A stretch of 64,000 bases of DNA from an uncultured candidate division Zixibacteria bacterium (GCA_963817915.1 CAWFQL010000009.1:128001-192000); one strand, 5' to 3'. Shown: positions 43,226 through 54,870, counted from the stretch's first letter. Notes: generated by a model not told the origin, from the sequence alone. Program-made: numbers and translations.

Positions 43226-43435
43226 GAATTGAACCAGAATTTAGCCCCCGCCTTTTTTGTGGGAAAATAAAGGGAGTCGGAATTAAAATAATAGATAAGG
43301 AGATCGAGAAATAATTATTATTACGGTCTATTTTCAATTCTACGAAGAATCTTAAATTAATCAAGAAATCAGGACTTCAGTTTTTGTTGGTAGTTTTTTT
43401 CTTTCTTCACAACTAAAAATTAAATGGAGAAGCTT

Positions 43436-46400
43436 ATGAAGAAACTTCTATTGGTGTTATCCGCGATTGTATTTTTGATGTGTTGGAGCATGGCTACTGC
43501 AGGGAAGGTTGTTCAAAGCTCTCCCACCACAGCATTATCGCAAAGTCCGACGCAACAAGTCAATATCGCGAATAAAAACAAAAAAATATCTATCAATAAT
43601 AGCAAATCTAAATTAACTTTTGACGGAGAAAAATCCCGGACCGCGACTGAAAGGTCTGCGCCTGCATCGAATCCTGAAAAGAAGATTGCGCCGTTTGTAA
43701 AATCAAATTCCAACGAAATTCCCACTTTTACTATATCCAATACAGCCCCCTTCGACAGAATGAGAGGTGTCGATTCAAGAAAGGTTGATAGGTGTATCCC
43801 TGCCCCGCCGCCGGATCCGAATATAATCCTGCAAGGAGGCGACAACATGTATGACGCCACGGTCATTTCTTCAATTCCGTATGTCGATAGCGGCAGTACA
43901 GCCGGCTATACTCATGATTTCTCATTAGACTGCGCGGATGCCTATAATTACGCTCCCGACGTTTTCTACTCTTATACTCCTGCATCAGACGGCTGGATAA
44001 CCGTTGCAACGTTTAGTCACGTATATTTTAATTCTATGCTGGGTATCCTCGATGATAGCGGCACTCAGCTTGCATGCAGCGACAATTACTGGACCATGCA
44101 GCCCCAAATAGCCAATTTTCGTGTTACGGCAGGCGCTACTTATTATATAGTCGTCTCCGGTTTCGAAGGCAGTTATGGTCCCTATACACTCTTAGTTAAC
44201 GGAAGTCCTAATTGCGCATTCACCATTCCCGAGCCAAATACTCCGGAAAACGAACCCGATTGTTATGACGATTTTATTGACGACACTAATGGCGGCTGTA
44301 ATTCCACTCCCAATGTATTCAGCACTGTCAGTTCGGGCGAAACCATCGCGGGGAAGGCAGGCACTTATCTAATCAACGGCATAGTTGAGGCTCGCGACAC
44401 CGATTGGTATACTCTTACTCTTGATGCTCCGAAAGTGGTACACATTACTGGTATGGCCGAGTTTCCATTGTTGATCGGGCTACTTGTGCCACCCTGTCCA
44501 GGCCTTCCTTACTATTTCGGAACCGCCGGCCCTTGTACAGAGCTTAACATAAATTCTACTACCCTTGACCCCGGTGAATATTGGATCGTTGCCTTACCTT
44601 CGGTTTTCTCGGGCGTTACATGTGGCTCAGATTACTACTTTACTGTTACAGTTGAAGATCCTCCGGCAGCGCCGGCAAACGACTTATGCGAAAATGCGAC
44701 GCCTATTACTGGTCCTTATCCGCAAATTGTCAATGGTACTACCAAAGGCGCCACCGCTGATTGCCCCGATTACCTCGGGTATAATGCGGCTTGGTACGCG
44801 ATTAATCTTCCGTATGAGGTAAATTTATTATCAATTAATTTCTGTCCTACCGCGGATCAAATCAGAGGTTTTGGTTATGCCTTTTTAAACGACTGTAATA
44901 GTTGCGATTCATACAATATATTTTATTGGACATTTCCGCTATGCGATAACTTGCAGATTCAGCCTGAACTTAAGCAGGAGATAGCCGGTCCCACGACCAT
45001 ATACTATCCGCTCGATCTGGCAGAACCAATGGATTATAGTTTTATAATAGATGTTCAGGAAATTATTCCTCCGCCAAACGATAATTGCGTTGACGTCACG
45101 CCGGTTCCACTCGAACTGGGAGTGCCTCTGCAATTCACGGGTGACAATACGGGCTCCACAGTTGATTGCCAAATGCATTGGGACAAAGAGTCCTGGGTGG
45201 CATTCACAACTACAGAATTCATGAACATTACTGTCGATTTATGCGGCACCAACCCTTACTTCGACAATATTTATATAATTCTTGAAACAAACTGCCCATG
45301 TGATCAAAACACCCTATATGCAAACAGTTGGTCACGAGATTTGTGCGATTACAATTGGTCTTCGACATGGCTGACCGTACCACCGGGAACGTATTATTAT
45401 CCGATCTACCAGTGGTTTGATGCTGAGGGACCATACGTACTTAATATTAATAGTGAAGCCTGCGCTCCGCCACCTGCTAATGACATCTGCGCTGATGCCG
45501 AAGCCATCGGTGAAGTCGTAAGTCAACCCTTTTCGACGATTGGCGCTACCTACGACGGTTCCAGCTCCTGCATTTTCTCACCAGACATTTGGTATGTTTA
45601 CAACGCAACTGCGACAGCTCCAGTGACTGTCAACCTTTGCGGCTCGTCACTTGATACTAAGTTGGCCATTTACGAGGGCTCAAGCTGTCCGGTCGCGCCC
45701 GATCCTCCTGCTTCTGTACCACTACAGGGCGGAGAAGATATTGCCAACGCAACTTTCATCTATGACCCACTCCCCGTGTCCTACACCGGAACAACAACAG
45801 GCTACATCAATAATCACGTTTCGGGATGCGGATTTGAAGGTAATGATGTAATATATTCTTACTTACCTCTGGAAGATGGCACCATAGATGTTGATATGTG
45901 CGGAACCAGCTTAGACACATATATTCCGGCTCTTGTGATTTTAGATGATGCCGCAACAGAAATCGCCTGCGCCGGCGATGGTTGCGGCCTTACCGGTTCG
46001 CCAAAACTCACAGGTGTTCCCGTGGAATCCGGTAGAATGTACTATGTAGTGATCACCGGCTGGAACAACAATGAAGGCGGCGATTATATAGTGCACATCT
46101 CTAATTCTACATTCACTCTGCTGGAATGCAATGACGACTTCTGCGACTTTCAATCTCAAATTACTTTTGATGCCAATGCCGGTACTCAGTATCTGATCCA
46201 GGTAGGCGGCTATTGGCAAGACGTTGGCGAAGGGGTCATTTCAATCAGCAGAGCAGGCGGCTGCGCCTACGTACCTGGTGATGCCAATAACAGCAACTCC
46301 TTCAACGGTCTCGATGTCACGTACAGTGTCAACTACTTCAAGGGGGGAGCAGCCCCATCATACTCCTGCGAATGTCCGCCGCCTAATAGCTGGTTCGTCG

Positions 46401-46573
46401 CGGGTGATGTCAACGGATCATGCTCGTTTAACGGTCTCGATGTTACTTACATGGTTAATTATTTCAAAGGTGGAGCAGCCCCGATACCATGCGCGGATTG
46501 TGCTCCCGCCGGACTGGCGCCGGCTTCACCGGCAATTCCACCGATAAATTTGACCGAACCAAAAACCTACTAA
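43436..46573 (+). CDS. ~1045-aa secreted Cys-rich repeat protein (PPC/jelly-roll-like 'PPNDxC' and 'QGG' modules) with six-Cys dockerin-like C-terminus
   Basis: Sec signal, Lys/Ser-rich pro-region, repeated P.ND.C modules, terminal dockerin-like duplication. Confidence 0.85.
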   Translation: MKKLLLVLSAIVFLMCWSMATAGKVVQSSPTTALSQSPTQQVNIANKNKKISINNSKSKLTFDGEKSRTATERSAPASNPEKKIAPFVKSNSNEIPTFTISNTAPFDRMRGVDSRKVDRCIPAPPPDPNIILQGGDNMYDATVISSIPYVDSGSTAGYTHDFSLDCADAYNYAPDVFYSYTPASDGWITVATFSHVYFNSMLGILDDSGTQLACSDNYWTMQPQIANFRVTAGATYYIVVSGFEGSYGPYTLLVNGSPNCAFTIPEPNTPENEPDCYDDFIDDTNGGCNSTPNVFSTVSSGETIAGKAGTYLINGIVEARDTDWYTLTLDAPKVVHITGMAEFPLLIGLLVPPCPGLPYYFGTAGPCTELNINSTTLDPGEYWIVALPSVFSGVTCGSDYYFTVTVEDPPAAPANDLCENATPITGPYPQIVNGTTKGATADCPDYLGYNAAWYAINLPYEVNLLSINFCPTADQIRGFGYAFLNDCNSCDSYNIFYWTFPLCDNLQIQPELKQEIAGPTTIYYPLDLAEPMDYSFIIDVQEIIPPPNDNCVDVTPVPLELGVPLQFTGDNTGSTVDCQMHWDKESWVAFTTTEFMNITVDLCGTNPYFDNIYIILETNCPCDQNTLYANSWSRDLCDYNWSSTWLTVPPGTYYYPIYQWFDAEGPYVLNINSEACAPPPANDICADAEAIGEVVSQPFSTIGATYDGSSSCIFSPDIWYVYNATATAPVTVNLCGSSLDTKLAIYEGSSCPVAPDPPASVPLQGGEDIANATFIYDPLPVSYTGTTTGYINNHVSGCGFEGNDVIYSYLPLEDGTIDVDMCGTSLDTYIPALVILDDAATEIACAGDGCGLTGSPKLTGVPVESGRMYYVVITGWNNNEGGDYIVHISNSTFTLLECNDDFCDFQSQITFDANAGTQYLIQVGGYWQDVGEGVISISRAGGCAYVPGDANNSNSFNGLDVTYSVNYFKGGAAPSYSCECPPPNSWFVAGDVNGSCSFNGLDVTYMVNYFKGGAAPIPCADCAPAGLAPASPAIPPINLTEPKTY

Positions 46574-46595
46574 AATCTAATTAAGGAAATCAACG

Positions 46596-46638
46596 ATGGG
46601 GAAGAGGGCCATTCGGAAACGGATGGCCTTTTTCTTTT
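46596..46638 (+). terminator. intrinsic terminator (copy 2 of shared element)
   Basis: GGGCCATTCG-GAAA-CGGATGGCCT followed by a T-run. Confidence 0.8.
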
Positions 46639-46757
46639 TACTCTTGACTTCAATCAACTCGGCGAAATATGCTTATATCATGCGCAGCTCGATGACGACA
46701 TAATAGCGTTCAACAATTGTACTTAGTGAATGATGGAATTTTGTTCGGGAGGTGATT

Positions 46758-48060
46758 ATGTGTTGGAGAATTCCTTTGGCAGTATTTTTCATGCTGACAA
46801 TTTTTTCATGCGACAAGCTTAAACCTTCAAACTCGATAAAGAATGATCCGCCTGATGCTCCGTCCAATCCTGTTCCGGCAGATGGCGCGGTAAATCAGGA
46901 GATATCAGCCAATATAACCTGGGATTGGAATGATGTAGACGGCGATTCGCTTACGTTCGATGTCTACTTCGATGAAGCACAAGAACCCGCGCTCATCGAA
47001 TCGGATCGTCGAGAAAGCTGGTATGAACCGGAAAGTCTGGAATATGATCATACTTATTATTGGAAGGTAGTTGCAGATGACGGACATGGAAATCAGACTG
47101 CCGGGCCGATATGGCATTTTTCCACTCGAGCCCTGAGATCATTTGATGTTCTCGGCCACTATAATAACTCCGAGCACGGTCCATACTACGAAATTACCGG
47201 CAATATCCAATCCAGCTACCTTTATGTGACCAATAGACATTCGTCCGGAACACAGAGACTCGTCGTTAATTCTCAATATCGCCGATATCAATAATGTCAG
47301 CGTTGCGGGGTACATTAAAGGAGCATTGTTTGGCAATCAATTTGGGCCTGGTTATATTTTTAGCGTAGGCCGGCTTGATAGCGGCTATAAGCTTAGAGCC
47401 TATTCATTGGGTGATCCCACTAACCCTAATGAGGAATTTAGATTTGATGTTACCAATATCCAGGATTTGGCTGTAGTCAATGACTACGTCTATGTATATA
47501 AGAACGGTTCCGCAGATGGTCAGTCCAATGGTGTGATTACTGTCCATGACATGACCATAGTTGATACAGTAATCACTCAAAGTGCGTTGAGCTGGGGACG
47601 ACTAAGGGCATTCGGGAATCTATTATTGATTGCGGAAAATACGGTAATTGAGATTCTCGATATCACCAATCCGGCCGCGCCGCAGGTTTCGGTAATGGCC
47701 CCCGTACCTGATCAGTGTTTTGACGCCGCTATTTCCGGAACTACGTTGTATATTGCCCTGCATAATACCGGAATTGCGATCGTGGATATTTCAAGCCTGC
47801 CATCGACAGTCCCATTAGGTTCAATACCGACAGTAAATCAATCGACTGACGTACTTTTAGCAAATCAAGGAGTTCTTTATGTCGCCGATAATAATCTCTT
47901 GATCGCCTATAATATTTCCGTTCCAGGCAGTCCTTATGAGATGGCCCGATTTGAAGCCCCAGCGAAAATCATATCATTGAACTATATTCAGGTACTCATG
48001 ATTACCTATTCTGATGGGGCCGGGGTTAGTGGAATTATGGCGCTTGATATGCAACTCTAA
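46758..48060 (+). CDS. lipoprotein with FN3-like domain and LVIVD repeats (frameshift ~47252)
   Basis: GGAGGTGA RBS, lipobox IFS-C, P.PADGA..W..D.DGD.LTFDVYF..YYWKV.A.D..GPIW.F.T; LVIVD-like repeats in the downstream ORF. Confidence 0.78.
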
Positions 48061-48176
48061 TAAATCCTTGAAACGGTTGACATTGCTGTTTTGAATAATT
48101 GATAATGATTATTAATTTTTCGACTTGACAGTCTGATGATATGACGTATATTCGGGCTTGTTTTTGGTACGGAATT

Positions 48177-48407
48177 GTGGCGAAGAAAAAAGATGACACC
48201 CAAAGGAGTTACAGACAGGTCGCCCTCGCTACCACAATCCCGCTCATAATGTTGGCGGCGCCTGGCGTAGGTTATTTTATAGGACGATATCTCGACAAAG
48301 TTGTTCAAAACCACCAATGTCATGACAGTAATTTTTCTTTTACTTGGCGTGGCAGCGGGGGGGTCGAAACCTACAAAATAATCAAAGAGCTTAATCGAGA
48401 GGATTGA
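48177..48407 (+). CDS. AtpZ/AtpI-family small membrane protein (two compensating indels at ~48299 and ~48360)
   Basis: GYFIGRYLDK. An alternate frame restores the second TM LFKTTNVMTVIFLLLGVAAG. First gene of the atp operon. Confidence 0.78.
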   Translation: MAKKKDDTQRSYRQVALATTIPLIMLAAPGVGYFIGRYLDKVVQNHQCHDSNFSFTWRGSGGVETYKIIKELNRED

Positions 48408-48811
48408 ATGCGAACTTGGATCTTAATTTCGTTGATAGAATAATAAAAGCGACATTGATAGTAGCGGCAATTCTGTTTCCATTTCTGGCGCTATATATTG
48501 CCATGAACTTCGCTCTTTCAGTGCTATTTGGCGCGGTCTGGGGATGCCTGAATCTTCTGGCAATTAAGATTATTATCGTAAGCTTATTGCCCGGAGAGAA
48601 GAAGAATACGACACTCGGAATAATTATTTTATTCGTAAAATTGCCGGTCTTATATGGTATTGGATATTTATTGGTGACCTGGAAATATCTGTCAATTTAC
48701 GGATTGCTCTGGGGCTTTTCGGGAATATTGATCGTGGCATTATTGAAAGTGCTCGGTCGAATCTATCTGGGACTTGATAATCGGGTTAAACCGGAGGGCT
48801 CCAAGGCTTGA
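48404..48811 (+). CDS. atpI: ATP synthase protein I
   Basis: Four-TM protein directly before atpB. Confidence 0.75.
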   Translation: MNANLDLNFVDRIIKATLIVAAILFPFLALYIAMNFALSVLFGAVWGCLNLLAIKIIIVSLLPGEKKNTTLGIIILFVKLPVLYGIGYLLVTWKYLSIYGLLWGFSGILIVALLKVLGRIYLGLDNRVKPEGSKA

Positions 48812-49662
48812 TCAGTTTAATCAACTCTGCGCTGCTTCTGGTAAATCAGGTCGAGCATGTCGCATCGGATACATTGGGCCATGCCGCCGAAAAGGCCGCT
48901 GAGGAAGGCGCGCCTGAGCTTCCAAATATTATTGAGATACTGCATAAAAATGTTCACGCCGATTGGGTAAATTTTCTATTCCAATACAGGATTGTGGTAT
49001 TTTCAACTATAGTCTGGCTTATACTTGGGCTTCTGGCATTTCTGGCATTCAGAAAAAGAACTTTGGTGCCGGGTAAGCTGCAGAATGTTCTTGAATGGGT
49101 AGTTGAATCATTGGCCGGTCTTGTCACCAGTGTTCTCGGTGAAAAGGGACGAAAATTCATACCCTTCATTGGGACATTGTTCGTTTATATTTTCTGCATG
49201 AATTTAATCGGGTTGATTCCCGGTATGTTTTCATCGACAGCCAAGCTAAATACGACGCTGGCACTTGCGATATGCGTATTTTTATATGTTCAATTTACGG
49301 GGCTTCGCAGTTTCGGTATTCTCGGTTATCTTCACCATCTGGCCGGCTCGCCGAAATCGACAGTCGAATGGTGTCTTGTGCCGTTGAATATGCCTCTGCA
49401 TATAATAGGGGAATTGGCCAAGCCGATTTCGCTTTCTCTGCGTCTTTTCGGAAATATCAGCGGCGAGGATATGCTGCTGGCGATATTCGTAACTCTCGGC
49501 GTCTCGGTGATGAGTTTCACTCATCTGCCGATCGGCCTTCCGTTGCATCTGCCGTTTATATTTTTGGCGATTTTAACCAGCTTCGTACAGGCGCTGGTAT
49601 TTACACTTTTGACAACAATTTATTTTTCGTTAATGTCACATCATGATGAAGATCATCATTAA
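48808..49662 (+). CDS. atpB: F0F1 ATP synthase subunit a
   Basis: [33 protein letters not shown]. Confidence 0.97.
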   Translation: MISLINSALLLVNQVEHVASDTLGHAAEKAAEEGAPELPNIIEILHKNVHADWVNFLFQYRIVVFSTIVWLILGLLAFLAFRKRTLVPGKLQNVLEWVVESLAGLVTSVLGEKGRKFIPFIGTLFVYIFCMNLIGLIPGMFSSTAKLNTTLALAICVFLYVQFTGLRSFGILGYLHHLAGSPKSTVEWCLVPLNMPLHIIGELAKPISLSLRLFGNISGEDMLLAIFVTLGVSVMSFTHLPIGLPLHLPFIFLAILTSFVQALVFTLLTTIYFSLMSHHDEDHH

Positions 49663-49673
49663 AGGAGGAAATA

Positions 49674-49895
49674 ATGGATCCTAAAACTTCTGTTGGATTT
49701 CTACTACCGTTGGCGGTCGGTGTTGCCGCGATAGGGTCGGGGCTTGGATTAGGTAAAGCAGTCGGCGCGGCGATGGAAGCCATGGGACGTCAGCCGGAAG
49801 CCGCTGGAAAGATTCAGACCGGTATGATCATCGGCGCCGCGTTTATCGAGGCCTTGACAATTTACGCACTCGTAGCGGTAATCCTTATTAAGTAA
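49674..49895 (+). CDS. atpE: F0F1 ATP synthase subunit c
   Basis: GxGx[13 protein letters not shown]. Confidence 0.97.
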   Translation: MDPKTSVGFLLPLAVGVAAIGSGLGLGKAVGAAMEAMGRQPEAAGKIQTGMIIGAAFIEALTIYALVAVILIK

Positions 49896-49896
49896 A

Positions 49897-50394
49897 ATGG
49901 GAGACATTGCCCGTTCTTTAGATCTAAACTGGGGGATTATAGTCACCCAGATTATAGGCTTCATTATCGCCCTCTGGATATTGAAGGCCTTTGCCTGGAA
50001 GCCGCTTTTGAAGATGCTTGACGATCGTAAGAATAAGATCGTCGGCGATATTCAGGCCGGCGAAAAAATCAAGCAGGATGCTAACAGGCTGCTTGATGAT
50101 TATCAGGCAAAAATCAAGAATATCGATGCTGAGGCCAGGGTCAAAATCCAGGAGGCGATCGCTGAGGGAAACCGAATTGCCGCCGAGATTAGGGAGCAAG
50201 CCAGGGAAGACTCGCATCAAATGATTTTGAAATCGCGCGAAGAGCTCAATCGCGATATCGCCAAGGCCAGAGTGCAGTTGCGGGATGATATGATCAATAT
50301 GGCGGTGAAATCCGCGGAAAAAATCATATCGACCAAATTAGATGAAGCCGAACAGAAACGACTTCTCGAAAATTTCCTGAAGGGAGCCGATTAG
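49897..50394 (+). CDS. atpF: F0F1 ATP synthase subunit b
   Basis: N-terminal TM, FAWKPL..LDDR, coiled coil. Confidence 0.95.
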   Translation: MGDIARSLDLNWGIIVTQIIGFIIALWILKAFAWKPLLKMLDDRKNKIVGDIQAGEKIKQDANRLLDDYQAKIKNIDAEARVKIQEAIAEGNRIAAEIREQAREDSHQMILKSREELNRDIAKARVQLRDDMINMAVKSAEKIISTKLDEAEQKRLLENFLKGAD

Positions 50395-50400
50395 GCTAAA

Positions 50401-50949
50401 ATGAAAGACACCAGTGTAGCCAAACGGTACGCTCACGCGCTCTTTAATGTCTCGGTATCACGAGGCACTCTTGATATTACCGCGTCCGAGCTATTTCAAT
50501 TAAAGTCCTTTAGCGATAAGGATAGGACTTTCATTGGATTTTTGGTTGCGCCTCAGGTACTGGCAGAACACAAACAGGCTATTATCAGGACTCTCTTCAC
50601 TACGAGGCTTTCTCCGCAGCTTTTATCTTTTCTATACTTGCTTATTGAAAAGGGCAGAATCGATATGCTCGGCGAGATTGCCCGTGAATTCGAGACTTAT
50701 CTCGAACATCATAAAGGAATTATTAAAGCCAAAGTTATTACCGCAATCCAGATTGACGAGGATTATAAAAATCGACTCAGGGAAAAATTGGAAAAGCTTT
50801 CTGGCAAGAAAATTGAAATCATCCACAAGATCGATAGAAGCATTCTTGGCGGAATTGTAATCCATCTCAATTATCAGGTCATGGACGCATCGGTTAAATA
50901 TCAGTTAAACCAGCTAAAGCACGACCTGAAAGCTATAAAGGTTTATTAA
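50401..50949 (+). CDS. atpH: F0F1 ATP synthase subunit delta
   Basis: VAKRYAHALF, ID.SILGG, DASVK..L. Confidence 0.95.
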   Translation: MKDTSVAKRYAHALFNVSVSRGTLDITASELFQLKSFSDKDRTFIGFLVAPQVLAEHKQAIIRTLFTTRLSPQLLSFLYLLIEKGRIDMLGEIAREFETYLEHHKGIIKAKVITAIQIDEDYKNRLREKLEKLSGKKIEIIHKIDRSILGGIVIHLNYQVMDASVKYQLNQLKHDLKAIKVY

Positions 50950-50961
50950 AGGGGATTAAAT

Positions 50962-52476
50962 ATGGCGTTTCGTCCTGAAGAAGTAAGTTCTATTCTACAA
51001 AAAGAGATAGAGAAGTATCAAACGAAACTCGAAATGCAATCTGTGGGGACTATTCTGCAGATTGGCGACGGTATTGCCAGGATATGGGGCCTTGAGGACG
51101 CCATGCAGTCTGAGCTATTATCATTCCCCAATGATATTATCGGATTAGTATTGAATCTCGAAGAGGATTCCGTGTCCGCCGCGATTTTCGGCAATGATAC
51201 TCAAATCAAAGAAGGCGATACCGTTAACCGCACGGGGGCGGTAGCCCGCGTGCCGGTCGGTCAGGCGCTTGTCGGAAGAGTTGTCAACGCTCTCGGGCAG
51301 CCCCTCGATGGTAAGGGCCCTATCGTCACGGATCATTATCGTCCAATTGAAGGTCTGGCGCCAAATGTGGTTTCCCGTCAGCCGGTAAAAGAGCCGATGC
51401 AGACCGGGCTCAAATCGGTCGATTCGATGATTCCCATCGGCCGCGGACAGCGAGAATTAATTATCGGAGATAGACAGACAGGCAAGACCGCGCTGGCTAT
51501 CGATGCCATCATCAATCAAAAAGATTCTGATATTTTCTGCATCTATGTTGCGATCGGCCAAAAATCTTCGACGGTCGCTCAAGTTGTAGAGACATTACAA
51601 AAGCATGGCGCTATGGAATATACCACTGTGGTGGTTGCCGGAGCCAATGACCCCGCGCCGCTGCAGTATATCGCACCGTATTCCGGATGTGCCATTGGCG
51701 AAGAATTTCTATATAATGGAAAGCATGCTCTATGCGTATATGACGATCTTTCCAAACACGCCCAGGCGTACAGGCAATTATCGTTGCTGGTTCGCCGTCC
51801 TCCGGGTCGTGAAGCTTACCCTGGCGACGTCTTTTACCTGCATTCCAGGCTCTTGGAAAGAGCTGCAAAATTATCTGATAAATTAGGCGGCGGTTCGCTA
51901 ACTGCCCTGCCGGTTATCGAGACCCAGGCAGGCGATGTCTCCGCTTATATTCCCACGAATGTTATTTCTATCACCGACGGCCAGATATATCTCGAAGCAG
52001 ATCTATTTTACTCCGGCGTTCGTCCGGCCATCAATGTCGGTATATCCGTATCGCGTGTCGGCGGCAATGCTCAGACAAAAGCCATGAAGCGCGTGGCGGG
52101 CAAGCTTCGTCTTGACCTGGCTCAATACCGCGAACTGGCGGCATTTGCTCAGTTCGGCTCGCAGCTTGATGACGCCACTCAAAGGCAGTTGACCCGCGGA
52201 GCCAGAATGGTCGAAATATTGAAACAAGGTCAATATGTTCCCATGCCGCTCGAGAAGCAGGTTTCGATTATCTGGGTCGCCGTAAACGGTTTCCTGGATG
52301 ATCTTCCTGTTGAAGTCTGCCACAAATTCGAGACTGAATTTTTCGACTATATCCAGAATAAATATCCGGATATTTATCATGATATTAAATCCAAAAAAGA
52401 TATCGATGATGCTATCGCAGCCAAATTGAAAGACGCAACTGCCAAATTCAAAGATGAATTCAAATCGAGAATGTAG
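50962..52476 (+). CDS. atpA: F0F1 ATP synthase subunit alpha
   Basis: [32 protein letters not shown]. Confidence 0.99.
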   Translation: MAFRPEEVSSILQKEIEKYQTKLEMQSVGTILQIGDGIARIWGLEDAMQSELLSFPNDIIGLVLNLEEDSVSAAIFGNDTQIKEGDTVNRTGAVARVPVGQALVGRVVNALGQPLDGKGPIVTDHYRPIEGLAPNVVSRQPVKEPMQTGLKSVDSMIPIGRGQRELIIGDRQTGKTALAIDAIINQKDSDIFCIYVAIGQKSSTVAQVVETLQKHGAMEYTTVVVAGANDPAPLQYIAPYSGCAIGEEFLYNGKHALCVYDDLSKHAQAYRQLSLLVRRPPGREAYPGDVFYLHSRLLERAAKLSDKLGGGSLTALPVIETQAGDVSAYIPTNVISITDGQIYLEADLFYSGVRPAINVGISVSRVGGNAQTKAMKRVAGKLRLDLAQYRELAAFAQFGSQLDDATQRQLTRGARMVEILKQGQYVPMPLEKQVSIIWVAVNGFLDDLPVEVCHKFETEFFDYIQNKYPDIYHDIKSKKDIDDAIAAKLKDATAKFKDEFKSRM

Positions 52477-52495
52477 GGTAATCTAAGGATCTACG

Positions 52496-53353
52496 ATGGC
52501 ATCATTACGCGATATTAAGCGACGAATTAAGTCGGTTGAAAATACCCAGCAGATAACCAAGGCCATGGAGATGGTTGCCGCCGCTCGTCTGCGCAAGGCT
52601 CAATTGAGGGTAGAGGCCGCTCGTCCGTATGGTCTTAAAATGCAGCAGATGCTGGAATCGTTAGCGTCAGCGGCCGCCGGTCTGCATCATCCGCTATTTG
52701 AGGAACGACAGGTCAAAAAGACACTGCTCCTGGTATTCGCATCCGATCGCGGTCTTTGCGGATCATACAATAGCAATATTATCAGGACAGCTTCGAAATA
52801 TCTGCATGACGCTCCGCCGGGAACAGTCTCACTCGGGATAATTGGAAAGAAGCCCGCAGAATATTTCAAGCATTACAAGGCCCCGACTGATTTCGCGATC
52901 ACCGATCTGGGCGGCAATGTTGATCTGGTTCGTACCCGGCAGTTGGCGCTTCAAATTACCGATAAATTTTATAAAGGCGAAGTCGATGAAGTCAGGTTGC
53001 TTTATACTAGATTTGTTTCAACTGTCAGCTATAAGATAACGCTTGAACGATTCCTGCCGATCGAAAAGCCAAAATCGGCCGAACAGGGAATGCCGTCGGA
53101 TTATATTTTTGAGCCAAGCGCCGATGGTATTTTTGCCAATCTCTTGCCCCGTTATTGTGTGACCAAAATATTGCAGGCAATGCTGGAATCATTTGCATCG
53201 GAGTACGGCTCCCGTATGATTGCCATGTCCAATGCCACCAAAAGCGCCAAAGAGATGATCGACAATCTCACACTGGTGCGCAACAAGGTCCGCCAGGCAT
53301 CGATAACCAAAGAGCTATTGGATATCGTCGGAGGCGTCGAAGCCCTGAAATAG
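52496..53353 (+). CDS. atpG: F0F1 ATP synthase subunit gamma
   Basis: ITKAMEMVAAA, SDRGLCGSYN, RQASITKEL. Confidence 0.98.
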   Translation: MASLRDIKRRIKSVENTQQITKAMEMVAAARLRKAQLRVEAARPYGLKMQQMLESLASAAAGLHHPLFEERQVKKTLLLVFASDRGLCGSYNSNIIRTASKYLHDAPPGTVSLGIIGKKPAEYFKHYKAPTDFAITDLGGNVDLVRTRQLALQITDKFYKGEVDEVRLLYTRFVSTVSYKITLERFLPIEKPKSAEQGMPSDYIFEPSADGIFANLLPRYCVTKILQAMLESFASEYGSRMIAMSNATKSAKEMIDNLTLVRNKVRQASITKELLDIVGGVEALK

Positions 53354-53440
53354 GATAATTTATCATCTGAAAATATGGTTTAAGAGAATAATGTAATTTG
53401 ATAATATACAACACGTTAATAATGGAAATAATTTAATTAA

Positions 53441-54868
<1,428 letters not shown>

Positions 54869-54870
54869 GA

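Noticed and set aside
41518..46510. DGR template/variable repeat pair between the dockerin-coding segments
   Set aside because: Differences are mostly synonymous and not adenine-specific, both copies are coding, and there is no reverse transcriptase.
9514..48060. Integrated elements at tRNA-Ala, tRNA-Ser or tRNA-Glu
   Set aside because: No integrase, and no duplicated tRNA 3' end (attR) found by eye.
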